A stretch of 59,875 nucleotides of DNA, counting the filler, from Sandaracinaceae bacterium (GTDB taxonomy: Bacteria > Myxococcota_A > Polyangia > Polyangiales > JADJQN01), in NCBI GenBank assembly GCA_947483975.1. It is 6 parts of 6 records of this genome, joined end to end, with 100 filler letters (N's around TTAATTAATTAA, not from the genome) between each part and the next. Parts side by side here need not be neighbours in the genome. Positions count along the whole stretch, not along the records: positions 20,110 to 30,019 come from CANKOL010000188.1; 5 more parts are not named here. The stretch is one strand, 5' to 3'. Position 1 is the stretch's first letter. Each line of letters starts with the position of its first letter. Below the pieces are notes generated by a model that was not told where the DNA came from, made no database searches, and saw only the letters and a list, made by a program, of their open reading frames with translations. Of the stretch, positions 20,825 to 30,119 are shown piece after piece. The translations under genes were made by a program, and so were the position numbers.

Positions 20825-21241
20825 ATGGCCTCGGCGCGCATGATCCAGTGGGACGGCAGCCTCGCGCTGCACATTCGCGAGATCGACGAGCAGCACCAGA
20901 AGCTGATCGGGCTGATCAACGACCTGCACGCCGCGATGCTGAAGGGCGCGGGCAAGGACGCCCTCGGCCCGCTCCTCGGCGCGCTGATCGACTACACCGA
21001 GTATCACTTCACCGCCGAGGAGAAGCTGATGGCGGACTACGGCTACATCGGCACGCCGATGCACAAGCTCGAGCACGCCAGCTTCGTGAAGAAGATCCGC
21101 GCCTTCAAGGCCGAGTTCGCCGCCGGCAAGACGCGCATCTCGCACGACCTGATGACGTTCCTCAGCGACTGGCTGACGAAGCACATCCTCGTCAACGACA
21201 AGAAGTACGTCGCGCACCTGATGGCCAAGGGGCTCAGCTAG
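20825..21241 (+). CDS. Single-domain bacteriohemerythrin
   Basis: IDEQH, YHFTAEE, HKLEH and WLTKHILVND supply the full di-iron ligand set; start ATG 20825 or 20840. Confidence 0.95.
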   Translation: MASARMIQWDGSLALHIREIDEQHQKLIGLINDLHAAMLKGAGKDALGPLLGALIDYTEYHFTAEEKLMADYGYIGTPMHKLEHASFVKKIRAFKAEFAAGKTRISHDLMTFLSDWLTKHILVNDKKYVAHLMAKGLS

Positions 21242-21297
21242 GCGCGTCCGGCGCGTGCTGCCAACGGCTGCGCGGTGACGCGCCGCCGCGTCCACTG

Positions 21298-21357
21298 ACT
21301 GTCCGCCGGCGGACAGTTTAGCTAAGCTCGGCCCGTGAGTGTCCAGACAATTGACAC
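21298..21357. promoter_or_regulatory. Two dyad sites (TGT-N10-ACA in a perfect 20-bp palindrome; GTGTC-N9-GACAC)
   Basis: ACTGTCCGCCGGCGGACAGT 21298-21317 and GTGTCCAGACAATTGACAC 21339-21357; the first could instead be a terminator. Confidence 0.45.
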
Positions 21358-21400
21358 CGCACAACCCGGCGACCGGTGCGGAACTGTACCGTCCGGTGCG

Positions 21401-22246
21401 ATGGCCCCCGCGGCGCAGACACGCGATCCGGCTCCCCTCCCAGGAATCGTGGGGGCCGACCCGCGTTTCGTGGCCGTGGTGGAGCGCGCGCGCACGGCGG
21501 GTCGAGTGCTCGTGCTCTCGGGCGAGCCGGGCACCGGCAAGCGGACCCTCGCGCGGGCTCTGCACGTCGCGCGGACGGGCGGCGCGGACGGTCTCGTCGA
21601 CGCGTCGAGCCTGGCGAACGTGGCGTCGCTCGGACCGGGGGTCACGGTCGTGGCGAGCGACGTCGTCGACCTCGGGGGCGGGGTTCAATACGCCCTCGCG
21701 AACGCGTTGCGGAGCGACACCGCGCACCTGGTGCTCTGCACGTCGTCGTCGGTGGCGGAGTCGGTCTCCGCGGGGCGCCTCCGCGCGGATCTGGTCTCGC
21801 TGCCGGGCACCGTCGTCGAGCAGGTCCCGGCGCTCCGCGACCGTCGCGGCGACGTGCCCGTGCTGGTCGAGCACTTCCTCGCGACCTTCTGTAGCCGCCG
21901 CTCCGGCTGCGTGAAGGGCATGACGCCGACCGCGCTCGCGGCGCTCGGCGGCTACTCGTTCCCGGGGAATCTCGCCGAGCTGCGCACGATCGTCGAGCGG
22001 GCGATCGCCTGCGGTCAGGCGTCCGCGCTGTGCATGAACGACCTGCCCGACGTGGTCCGCGCCGTCGCACCAGCCGCCCTCGCCGAGGACGATGACGCGC
22101 CGCTGCCGACCTTGTTGGAGGCCGAGACCGACCTGATCCGTCGCGCGCTCGCCCGCCACGAGGGCAACAAGGCGGGCGCTGCCCGCGCCCTCGGGATCTC
22201 GCGGCAGCGCCTTTACGATAAGCTGCGCCGCTCGGGTCTCCGCTGA
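21401..22246 (+). CDS. Degenerate sigma54-activator-like AAA+ / Fis-type HTH regulator
   Basis: GEPGTGK, VPALRDRRGDVPVLVEHFL, YSFPGN, GNKAGAARALGISRQRLYDKL; no GAFTGA, no Walker B DE; start ATG 21401 or GTG 21335. Confidence 0.85.
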   Translation: MAPAAQTRDPAPLPGIVGADPRFVAVVERARTAGRVLVLSGEPGTGKRTLARALHVARTGGADGLVDASSLANVASLGPGVTVVASDVVDLGGGVQYALANALRSDTAHLVLCTSSSVAESVSAGRLRADLVSLPGTVVEQVPALRDRRGDVPVLVEHFLATFCSRRSGCVKGMTPTALAALGGYSFPGNLAELRTIVERAIACGQASALCMNDLPDVVRAVAPAALAEDDDAPLPTLLEAETDLIRRALARHEGNKAGAARALGISRQRLYDKLRRSGLR

Positions 22247-22285
22247 CAAAACTCTGATGCTCCACGATCTTCCAGAGGTGCGCGC

Positions 22286-24787
22286 GTGTTCCAGTCGGCC
22301 GCGAGCTCGGTGAACGACCAGAGCGCGCTGCTTCGCGGCGAGCGGGCGACGCTCGTCGCGTGTCTGCACTGTGGCGCGTCGCTCACCGGCATCCCCGCTG
22401 ACCACGCCGGGGAGGGCTACTGCTGCGCGGGCTGCCGCACCGTGCACGGCTTGCTGCAGCGCGGCGGGCTGACGCGCTACTACGCGCTCCGCGGCAAGGA
22501 CGGCGTGCCCGTCGAGGCGCCGCGCGCCGGTCGGGACGCCAAGTGGCTCGAGCCCTTCGCCGAGCGGGTCGCCGCGAGCGAGGGGCTCTGCGAGGTCGCG
22601 CTCGACATGCAGGGCGTGCACTGCACGGCGTGCGTGTGGCTCGTCGATGAGCTCTTCCGTCGGCAGAGCGGCGGCGCGCGCGTCCTCGTCAACCCGGCGC
22701 TCGGCACGATCGACCTCGTCGTCTCTTCCGGCTTCGAGCTCTCGAGCTTCGTGCGCGAGGTCGAGCAATTCGGCTACCGCCTCGGGCCGCGCGCCAAGCC
22801 GGGTGACGCGGTCGATCAGGGCTCGGGCGGCCTGCTCCTGCGCATGGGGATCACCCTCGCGCTCGCGATGAACTCGATGATCTTCGCGCTCTCGATGTAC
22901 CTCGGGCTCGAGCGCGGCCCGACCTGGGACCTGATGCACGGCGCGGGCTATCTGCTCGCGTCGGCGGCGGTGTTGGTCGGCGGGAGCGTCTTCATCACGT
23001 CCGCCTGGCGCGCGCTGCGGCGCGGCGTGCTGCACATGGACGTGCCGATCGCGCTCGGCATCGTGCTCGCCTTCAGCGGCTCGACCTGGTCGTATTTCTT
23101 CGGCGAATCGCGCGCCTCGTACTTCGACACGATCACGATCTTCATCGCGCTGATGCTCGTCGGGCGCTGGCTGCAAGAGCGCGTGCTCGACAGCAACCGC
23201 CGCGCGCTGCTCGCTGACGATGGCGCGTACGGCTTGCTCGCGCGTCGGGTCAGCGCCGACGGGCGGGTCGCGCTCGTCGCGTGCGGAGAGCTTCGCGCGG
23301 GCGATTCCTTGCTGATCGCGCCGGGCGACCTCGTGCCGATCGACGCCGTGCTCGAGGACGAGGGCGCGAGCTTCTCGCTCGACTGGATCACCGGAGAGGC
23401 GGCGCCGCGCACGTTCTCGCGCGGAGAGACCGTCCCCGCGGGCGCCTTCGACGCGAGCGTGCGCGCCGTGAACGTCCGCGCGCTGACGGACTTTGCCTCG
23501 TCGCCGCTCGTCGCGCTCCTGCGCGCGCCGCGCCCGCGCGACGTCGACGGCGCTCGCTCGACGCCTTGGTGGCAGCGCCTCGCGACCGCGTACGTCAGCG
23601 GCGTGCTCGCGCTCGCGACGCTCGGCGCGGCGGGCTACTGGTTCTTCACGCACGACCTCGGGCGCACCCTCGACGTGACGACCGCGATCCTCGTCGTCAC
23701 CTGCCCATGCGCCCTCGGCATCGCGACACCGCTCGCCTACGAGCTCGTGCACGCGGGGCTACGCCGCGCGGGCCTGTACGTGCGCGCGGCTGGCTTCCTC
23801 GACCGGGCGCGCGAGGTGCGGCGCGTCGTCTTCGACAAGACCGGCACGCTGACGACGGGCGTGCTCGGCCTCGTCACGCTCGACGCGCAGGGCGCCCCCG
23901 ACGGCGCGCGCCCGTTCGCCACGCTCACCCCGGAGGAGCGCCTCGTGCTCGCCGGGATGACCGCCCGCAGCACGCACCCGAAGAGCGCCGCCGCGCTCGC
24001 CGCCCTCGAGCTGCGCGCGAGCGAAGCGGGCCTCGCCCTCGACGTGCGGGCCGCCGGCGCCGCCCTCGACGTGCAAGAGAGCGCGGGCGCAGGCCTCGAG
24101 GCGCGCGTCGAGGGCGCCGTACACCGCCTCGGCTCAGCGACCTGGTGCGTGTCTGACGCTACCGCTCTTCCAGCAAATGCCGATCTCGTCTACAGCGTCG
24201 ACGGACGTGTCCGGACCCTTCTGCACACCGAGGAGCGCTTGCGTCCCGACGCGGCCAAGGAGGTCGCGCGCCTCGAGCGCGAGGGCTACGAGGCCTGGGT
24301 CCTCTCCGGGGACGGCGAGGAGCGCGTCGCCGCGCTCGCAGCGACCGTCGGCATCCCGCGCGAGCGCGCCGTCGGCGGTCGCACCCCGCAGGGCAAGTCT
24401 GCCTGGCTCGCGGAGCACGACCGGCACGACACGCTGATGATCGGCGACGGACTCAACGACGCGCTCGTCGTCGGTGAGGCGCACTGCTCCGGGACGCCCG
24501 CCGTCGATCGACCCTTCGTCCCCGCGCGTTCTGACTTCTACTTCGTCACGCCCGGTCTCGCGCCGATCGGCCTCGGCCTCCGCGCGAGTCGCGCGCTTCA
24601 TCGCACGACGACGCGAAATCTGTGCGCGGCGCTGCTTTACAACGCTGGTGCCGTAGCGCTCTGCCTCGCGGGGCTTATGTCGCCGTGGCTCGCCGCGGCC
24701 CTCATGCCGACGAGTTCGTTGGCCGTCATCTTCGCGACGCTCGCGTCGCTCGGCCCGAGGAGTGCTCTGTGGAAGCCGTCGCCCTGA
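22286..24787 (+). CDS. ccoI: P1B-type heavy-metal ATPase for cbb3 oxidase assembly (CcoI/FixI)
   Basis: CLHC/CCAGC, GVHCTAC, ITGE, CPC, DKTGTLT, HP, GDGLND; cco context. Confidence 0.92.
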   Translation: MFQSAASSVNDQSALLRGERATLVACLHCGASLTGIPADHAGEGYCCAGCRTVHGLLQRGGLTRYYALRGKDGVPVEAPRAGRDAKWLEPFAERVAASEGLCEVALDMQGVHCTACVWLVDELFRRQSGGARVLVNPALGTIDLVVSSGFELSSFVREVEQFGYRLGPRAKPGDAVDQGSGGLLLRMGITLALAMNSMIFALSMYLGLERGPTWDLMHGAGYLLASAAVLVGGSVFITSAWRALRRGVLHMDVPIALGIVLAFSGSTWSYFFGESRASYFDTITIFIALMLVGRWLQERVLDSNRRALLADDGAYGLLARRVSADGRVALVACGELRAGDSLLIAPGDLVPIDAVLEDEGASFSLDWITGEAAPRTFSRGETVPAGAFDASVRAVNVRALTDFASSPLVALLRAPRPRDVDGARSTPWWQRLATAYVSGVLALATLGAAGYWFFTHDLGRTLDVTTAILVVTCPCALGIATPLAYELVHAGLRRAGLYVRAAGFLDRAREVRRVVFDKTGTLTTGVLGLVTLDAQGAPDGARPFATLTPEERLVLAGMTARSTHPKSAAALAALELRASEAGLALDVRAAGAALDVQESAGAGLEARVEGAVHRLGSATWCVSDATALPANADLVYSVDGRVRTLLHTEERLRPDAAKEVARLEREGYEAWVLSGDGEERVAALAATVGIPRERAVGGRTPQGKSAWLAEHDRHDTLMIGDGLNDALVVGEAHCSGTPAVDRPFVPARSDFYFVTPGLAPIGLGLRASRALHRTTTRNLCAALLYNAGAVALCLAGLMSPWLAAALMPTSSLAVIFATLASLGPRSALWKPSP

Positions 24788-24963
24788 CCATGTTCGTGAG
24801 CCTCTGTCTCGTCGCCTGCAGCCTACTTCTGCTCGCTTTTACCCTCCGAAACCGCACCCACGAGCACTCCGACCGCCTCGCGTTATTGCCGATGGAAGAA
24901 GATCGTCCGCCTCCGACCGCCGATGTGGCCCCCGCCGGAGCGGCCCGAAAGACCGAGACATGA
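24769..24963 (+). CDS. ccoS: cbb3 oxidase maturation protein CcoS/FixS-like
   Basis: GTG with GAGGAG RBS; MEAVALTMFVSLCLV... single TM then HEHSDRLALLPMEED; ATGA overlap with ccoN. Confidence 0.78.
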   Translation: MEAVALTMFVSLCLVACSLLLLAFTLRNRTHEHSDRLALLPMEEDRPPPTADVAPAGAARKTET

Positions 24964-27269
24964 ACACCACACGCATCAAATATGACGACCAAGTCGTCCG
25001 CTGGTTCATCTGGGCCTCGATAGGCTGGGGCATCGTCGGGATGCTCGTCGGCGTCATCGTCGCGACGCAGCTCTCCTTCTGGCAAGCCAACGTCGGCCCG
25101 TATCTGACGTTCGGTCGCCTACGCCCGCTCCACACGAACGCGGTCATCTTCGCGTTCGTCGGGAACATGGTCTTCGCGGGCATCTATCACTCGACCCAGC
25201 GTCTCCTCAAGGCGCGACTCGCCAACGATATTCTCTCGAGAATCCACTTCTTCGGCTGGCAGGCGATCATCGTCGCGGCCGCGCTCACGCTCCCGCTCGG
25301 CATCACGCAGGGCAAGGAGTACGCGGAGCTCGAGTGGCCGATCGACATCGCCATCGCGGTCATCTGGGTCGTCTTCGCGGTCAACTTCTTCTGGACGCTC
25401 GCGAAGCGCAACGAGAAGCACCTGTACGTCGCGATCTGGTTCTACATCGCGACGATCCTGACCGTCGCGGTCCTGCACATCGTCAACTCGATGGCGCTGC
25501 CCGTCAGCCTCTTCAAGAGCTACTCGGTGTTCTCCGGCGTCCAGGATGCGCTCGTGCAGTGGTGGTACGGGCACAACGCGGTCGCGTTCTTCCTGACGAC
25601 TCCCGTGCTCGGCATCATGTACTACTACCTGCCGAAGGCCGCGAATCGCCCGGTGTTCTCGTACCGGCTCTCGGTCGTGCACTTCTGGGCGCTCGTCTTC
25701 ATCTACATCTGGGCGGGCCCGCATCATCTGCTCTACACGGCGCTCCCCGACTGGGCGCAGACGCTCGGCATGGTGTTCAGCCTCATGCTCTGGGCGCCCT
25801 CGTGGGGCGGCATGCTCAACGGCCTGCTCACGCTCCGCGGCGCCTGGGACAAGGTCCGTCAGGACCCGGTCCTCAAGTTCCTCGCGGCGGGCGTCACCTT
25901 CTACGGAATGTCCACCTTCGAGGGGCCGCTCCTCTCGATCAAGAGCGTCTCCGGCCTCGCGCACTACACCGACTGGATCATCGGGCACGTGCACTCCGGC
26001 GCCCTCGGCTGGAACGGCCTCATGGCCGCGGGTCTCTTCTACTACCTGATCCCGAAGCTCTACGGCCGTGAGCTGCACTCCCGCGCTGCCGCCAACACGC
26101 ACTTCTATCTCGGCACCGTCGGAATCCTGCTCTACGTCGTCTCGATGTGGGTCTCCGGCGTGACGCAGGGCCTGATGTGGCGCGCGGTTGGCGCCAACGG
26201 CGGCCTCACCTACACCAACTTCGTCGAGACGGTCGTGGCGCTCAAGCCGATGTACTACACGCGCCTCATCGGCGGCACGATGTACCTCGTCGGCATGATC
26301 ATCATGGCCTGGAACCTGATCGTCACGGCGCGCGCCGGTAAGCCCGTCGAGACCGAGGTCGAGGTCGTGATCGAGGACCTCAAGAAGGAGGACGGCACGC
26401 TCGGCGAGGTCCTCTTCGGCAAGCCCGTGCTCGTCGTCCTCGCGGTCTCGGCGCTCGTCGGAGGGCTCGCCTTCGTGAGCCACGTCGCGAGCACGATCGT
26501 CATCGTCATCGCGATGGCCGTCGCGGTGTTCGGCGTGATGGCCATCCGCTCGGGCGACAAGAGCAAGCCCGCCTGGCACCGCATGCTCGAGGGCCGCGCG
26601 CTCGTCTTCACGATCTTCACCGTCATCGCCGTGCTCTGCGGCGGAGTCGCGGAGATCGTGCCGACCATCATCGCGAGCAACGCGGCGCAGCACTCGACCG
26701 CGCAGCGGCCGTACACCGCGCTCGAGCTCGAGGGGCGCGACGTCTACCTCCAAGAGGGCTGTTACACCTGCCACTCGCAGATGATCCGGCCGTTCACGTT
26801 CGAGTCCGCGCGCTACGGCGCGCCCTCGTCGCCGGACGACTCCATCTGGGATCATCCCTTCCAGTGGGGCAGCAAGCGCACCGGTCCCGACCTCGCCCGC
26901 GAGGGCGGCAAGCGCCCCAACCTCTGGCACTACCAGCACCTGATGGACCCGCGCGAGATCACGCCGGGTTCGATCATGCCGTCCTATGCGCATCTGAGCG
27001 AAGACCGCGTGAACTTCGCGCACACCGCCGGCAAGGTCACCGCCATGCGCACGCTCGGCGTCCCGTACACCGACGCGCAGGTCGCCTCGGCCTCCGAGGA
27101 CGCGAAGCACGACGCGGTGGTCATCGCCGCCGACCTCCGCACCGAGGGGCACATCACCGCGCTCCCGGGCAGCAAGCTCGTCGCGCTCATCGCGTACCTG
27201 CAGCGGCTCGGCTTCCAGACCTCGCCGACGGTCGCTGCGGCGGCCCCCGCCGCAGGAGCCGCGCCATGA
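24960..27269 (+). CDS. ccoN: Fused cbb3-type cytochrome c oxidase subunits I/II (CcoN-CcoO)
   Basis: RPLHTNAVIFAF, QWWYGHNAV, GPHHLL, IGHVHSGALGW; then CYTCH, WGSKRTGPDLAR and PGSIMP in the same frame. Confidence 0.97.
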   Translation: MNTTRIKYDDQVVRWFIWASIGWGIVGMLVGVIVATQLSFWQANVGPYLTFGRLRPLHTNAVIFAFVGNMVFAGIYHSTQRLLKARLANDILSRIHFFGWQAIIVAAALTLPLGITQGKEYAELEWPIDIAIAVIWVVFAVNFFWTLAKRNEKHLYVAIWFYIATILTVAVLHIVNSMALPVSLFKSYSVFSGVQDALVQWWYGHNAVAFFLTTPVLGIMYYYLPKAANRPVFSYRLSVVHFWALVFIYIWAGPHHLLYTALPDWAQTLGMVFSLMLWAPSWGGMLNGLLTLRGAWDKVRQDPVLKFLAAGVTFYGMSTFEGPLLSIKSVSGLAHYTDWIIGHVHSGALGWNGLMAAGLFYYLIPKLYGRELHSRAAANTHFYLGTVGILLYVVSMWVSGVTQGLMWRAVGANGGLTYTNFVETVVALKPMYYTRLIGGTMYLVGMIIMAWNLIVTARAGKPVETEVEVVIEDLKKEDGTLGEVLFGKPVLVVLAVSALVGGLAFVSHVASTIVIVIAMAVAVFGVMAIRSGDKSKPAWHRMLEGRALVFTIFTVIAVLCGGVAEIVPTIIASNAAQHSTAQRPYTALELEGRDVYLQEGCYTCHSQMIRPFTFESARYGAPSSPDDSIWDHPFQWGSKRTGPDLAREGGKRPNLWHYQHLMDPREITPGSIMPSYAHLSEDRVNFAHTAGKVTAMRTLGVPYTDAQVASASEDAKHDAVVIAADLRTEGHITALPGSKLVALIAYLQRLGFQTSPTVAAAAPAAGAAP

Positions 27270-27454
27270 GCGCCATCGCCCATCAGTTCTTCGCCGACAG
27301 CCCGGTGATCTTCTATCCGATCATCGCGCTCCTCATCTTCGTGTTCGTATTCTTCTTCGTCACGGCGCGGGTCCTCCGCGCCCGCACCGAGGACATCGAT
27401 GCGCTCGCGCGCATCCCGTTCGGCGACGCCGAGGAGGCCCCGCGCCATGAGTGA
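27266..27454 (+). CDS. ccoQ: CcoQ-like small subunit
   Basis: 62 aa, one TM, ends ALARIPFGD; overlaps both ccoNO and ccoP. Confidence 0.75.
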   Translation: MSAIAHQFFADSPVIFYPIIALLIFVFVFFFVTARVLRARTEDIDALARIPFGDAEEAPRHE

Positions 27455-28034
27455 AGTGAAGCGTAAGGACGACATCCAGGGGGACATCCTCCACGAGTAC
27501 GACGGCATCGAAGAGGCGGACAACCACCTCCCGCTCTGGTGGCTGGTCACGTTCTTCGGCGCGGTCATCTTCGCCGCCATCTACTGGTCCGTCTACTCGA
27601 GCTATGGGCTGCTCAAGCCGCCCTTCGCGGAGTATCAGGAGGAGCAGGCGGCGATCGACGCGGAGTCCGGAGCCCTGCTCACGGACGCAGAGGTGGCCGC
27701 GTTCGCCGCGGACCCCGCGCGCGTGACCGAGGGGCGCGCGGTCTTCGCGCAGAACTGCGTCGTCTGTCACGGGGAGCGCGCCGAAGGAAAGATCGGCCCG
27801 AACCTCACCGACGGCACGTGGATTCACGGCGGCGCGGCGAAGGACATCTTCAACACGATTCGCCTCGGCTTCGCGCCGAAGGCGATGCCACAGTGGGGCA
27901 ACGTCCTCGGCCCGCACCGCACGCAGAGTGTGGCAGCCTTCATCATCTCGCTCCGCGGCACGAACGCGACGGGCGGCAAGGAACCGCAGGGCACTCCCTA
28001 CGATCCCTCCGCGCCGCCCCGGTTGGCCCCCTGA
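27447..28034 (+). CDS. ccoP: cbb3 oxidase subunit III, short mono-heme CcoP
   Basis: HEYDGIEEADNHLPLWW, CVVCH, GPNLTD, MPQW; GAGGAGG RBS. Confidence 0.92.
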   Translation: MSEVKRKDDIQGDILHEYDGIEEADNHLPLWWLVTFFGAVIFAAIYWSVYSSYGLLKPPFAEYQEEQAAIDAESGALLTDAEVAAFAADPARVTEGRAVFAQNCVVCHGERAEGKIGPNLTDGTWIHGGAAKDIFNTIRLGFAPKAMPQWGNVLGPHRTQSVAAFIISLRGTNATGGKEPQGTPYDPSAPPRLAP

Positions 28035-28043
28035 GGTAACACC

Positions 28044-29453
28044 ATGACTGAGCACGTGCGACTCCCGGTCGTCGATGAGCGCGGTAAGGGCTCGCTGAGG
28101 ACCGACGGGTCGCGCGTCAGTATCGTCCCCGCGGACGTGAAGGGCCGCTTCGCCACCGCCCGGAAGGTGGCGTTCGCGGTCCTGATCGGCGTCTACGCGG
28201 TGATGCCGTTCGTGCGGATTCACGGGCATCCCGCGCTGTTGCTCGACATCGCGCATCGACAGTTCTTCTTGTTCGGGCAGACGTTCAACGCGCAGGACAC
28301 CTGGCTGGTGTTCTTCCTGCTGACGGGCGTCGGCTTCACGCTGGTCGTCGCGGCGGCAGTGATCGGCAGGGTCTGGTGCGGCTGGGCGTGCCCGCAGACG
28401 GTGTTCCTCGATGGCGTCTTTCGGCGCATCGAGCGTTGGATCGAGGGGCCGCGCAACACTCATCTGCGGCGCGACGCCGGCCCGATGAGCTTCGACAAGC
28501 TCTGGCGGAAGCTACTCAAGCACTCGATCTTCCTCGTGCTCGCGGTGCTCCTCTCGCACCTCCTGCTCGCGTACTTCGTGACGCTCCCCGGCGTGCTGAT
28601 GTTCGTGAAGGGGCCGCCTGCCGAGCACCTCGAGGCGTTCATCTGGACGACGGCGTTCACGGTGATCCTCTATCTCGACTTCGCGTGGTTCCGCGAGCAG
28701 CTTTGCTTGATCATCTGCCCCTATGGGCGCCTGCAAGCGGTGCTGTCGGACACCGACACGATCACGATCGGCTACGACGCCAAGCGCGGCGAGCCCCGCG
28801 GCAAAGCGAGCGACAAGGACGCCGGCGCGTGCGTCGACTGCGGCCGCTGCGTCGTCGTGTGCCCGTCGGGCATCGACATTCGCAACGGGCAGCAGCTCGA
28901 TTGCACGGGCTGCACGGCGTGCGTGGACGCGTGCGACGAGGTGATGACGCAGCTGAGCCGCCCCGTCGGGCTCGTGCGGCACGACTCGCTCAACGGGTTG
29001 CTCGGGCGCGCCAAGCGCATCCTGCGGCCGCGCCTCTATCTCTACGCGGCGCTCCTCGTCGCGGGCATCGTCGCCGCGTCGATCGCCGTCGCGAGCCACC
29101 AGCCCTTCGAGGCGAATATGCTGCGCCTCCGCGGGATGCCCTATCTGCTCGCGACGAGCCCCGCCGGGGTCGCGACGATCCGCAACGACCTCGAGATTCA
29201 CCTGGTCAACAAGCAGAACGACCCGCGCACCTTCACGCTGCGGCCGGTGTCGCCTGCGGGGGTCGCGATGGACTACGCGCTCCGGAGTCGTTCGATCACG
29301 CTCCCCTCGCTCGCAGAGCAGCGAGTGCCCCTCTTCGTGACGCTCCCGGAGAGCGCCTATCGACGGCACCTCCTCGTGCAGGTGGACGTGACGATGGAGG
29401 GGGAGTTCCCGGAGACGCAGCACGCGCACGCGCCGTTCATCGGACCGCACTGA
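28044..29453 (+). CDS. ccoG: CcoG/FixG/RdxA Fe-S accessory protein
   Basis: CGWACPQT, CPYGRLQ, CVDCGRCVVVCP, CTGCTACVDAC; C-terminal Ig-like domain. Confidence 0.95.
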   Translation: MTEHVRLPVVDERGKGSLRTDGSRVSIVPADVKGRFATARKVAFAVLIGVYAVMPFVRIHGHPALLLDIAHRQFFLFGQTFNAQDTWLVFFLLTGVGFTLVVAAAVIGRVWCGWACPQTVFLDGVFRRIERWIEGPRNTHLRRDAGPMSFDKLWRKLLKHSIFLVLAVLLSHLLLAYFVTLPGVLMFVKGPPAEHLEAFIWTTAFTVILYLDFAWFREQLCLIICPYGRLQAVLSDTDTITIGYDAKRGEPRGKASDKDAGACVDCGRCVVVCPSGIDIRNGQQLDCTGCTACVDACDEVMTQLSRPVGLVRHDSLNGLLGRAKRILRPRLYLYAALLVAGIVAASIAVASHQPFEANMLRLRGMPYLLATSPAGVATIRNDLEIHLVNKQNDPRTFTLRPVSPAGVAMDYALRSRSITLPSLAEQRVPLFVTLPESAYRRHLLVQVDVTMEGEFPETQHAHAPFIGPH

Positions 29454-30019
29454 TGAGCGTGAGCGTCGCGCTCTGGGCGCTCGTGGCGGGGGCGACGGCG
29501 GGGCTCGCGAGCATCCCGCACTGCGCGGGGATGTGCGGCCCGCTCGCCGCGTTCGCGTGCCGCGCGCCGAGCGGCGAAGGGACGCAGCTGCGGCGCATGG
29601 TCGCCTATCAAGGTGGGCGCCTCGTCGGCTACACGACGCTCGGCGCCGTCGCGGGCGCGCTCGGGCACGGGCTCTCGTTCGCGCTGCCGGGGCGGTACGT
29701 ACAGGCGCTGCTGTCTTGGTCGCTCGCGCTCGCGCTCGGGGTCGCTGCGGTGCGGGCGTATCGCGCGTCGCGCCCACAGCAGGCCGTGCCCGCTGGCGCG
29801 CCCATCGCCCTCGGACGTGCGCCGCGCGCGCCGTCTCTCGCGGAGCGCCTGCTTGGGCGCGTCTTGCACGCCCCGCTTCTGCTCGGGCTGCTGACGGCGC
29901 TCCTGCCGTGTGGCGCGCTCGCGTCGGGGCTGCTCGTCGCGGCGGGGACCGCGGCGCCCCTGAGCGGCGCGCTCGCGATGTCGGGGTTTGCGGTGGCGAG
30001 CGGGCCGGCGCTCGCGCTC
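29453..30019 (+). CDS. DsbD_2/TauE-SafE-like membrane protein of cco clusters, 3'-truncated
   Basis: SIPHCAGMCGP, YQGGRLVGY, LLPCG; TGATG overlap with ccoG. Confidence 0.88.
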
Positions 30020-30119
30020 NNNNNNNNNNNNNNNNNNNNNNNNNNNNNNNNNNNNNNNNNNNNTTAATTAATTAANNNNNNNNNNNNNNNNNNNNNNNNN
30101 NNNNNNNNNNNNNNNNNNN
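30020..30119. other. Artificial contig spacer
   Basis: N44-TTAATTAATTAA-N44. Confidence 0.98.

Noticed and set aside
21351..21380. TTGACA as a sigma70 -35, or TTGAC-N4-CACAA as an FNR box
   Set aside because: No -10 at 16-18 bp, and the second half-site is a poor match to ATCAA
20807..23752. Long antisense or alternate-frame ORFs (also 10300-11928, 25119-27152, 34030-36297, 37754-40027)
   Set aside because: Typical stop-poor shadows of high-GC genes; no motifs and they overlap well-supported CDSs
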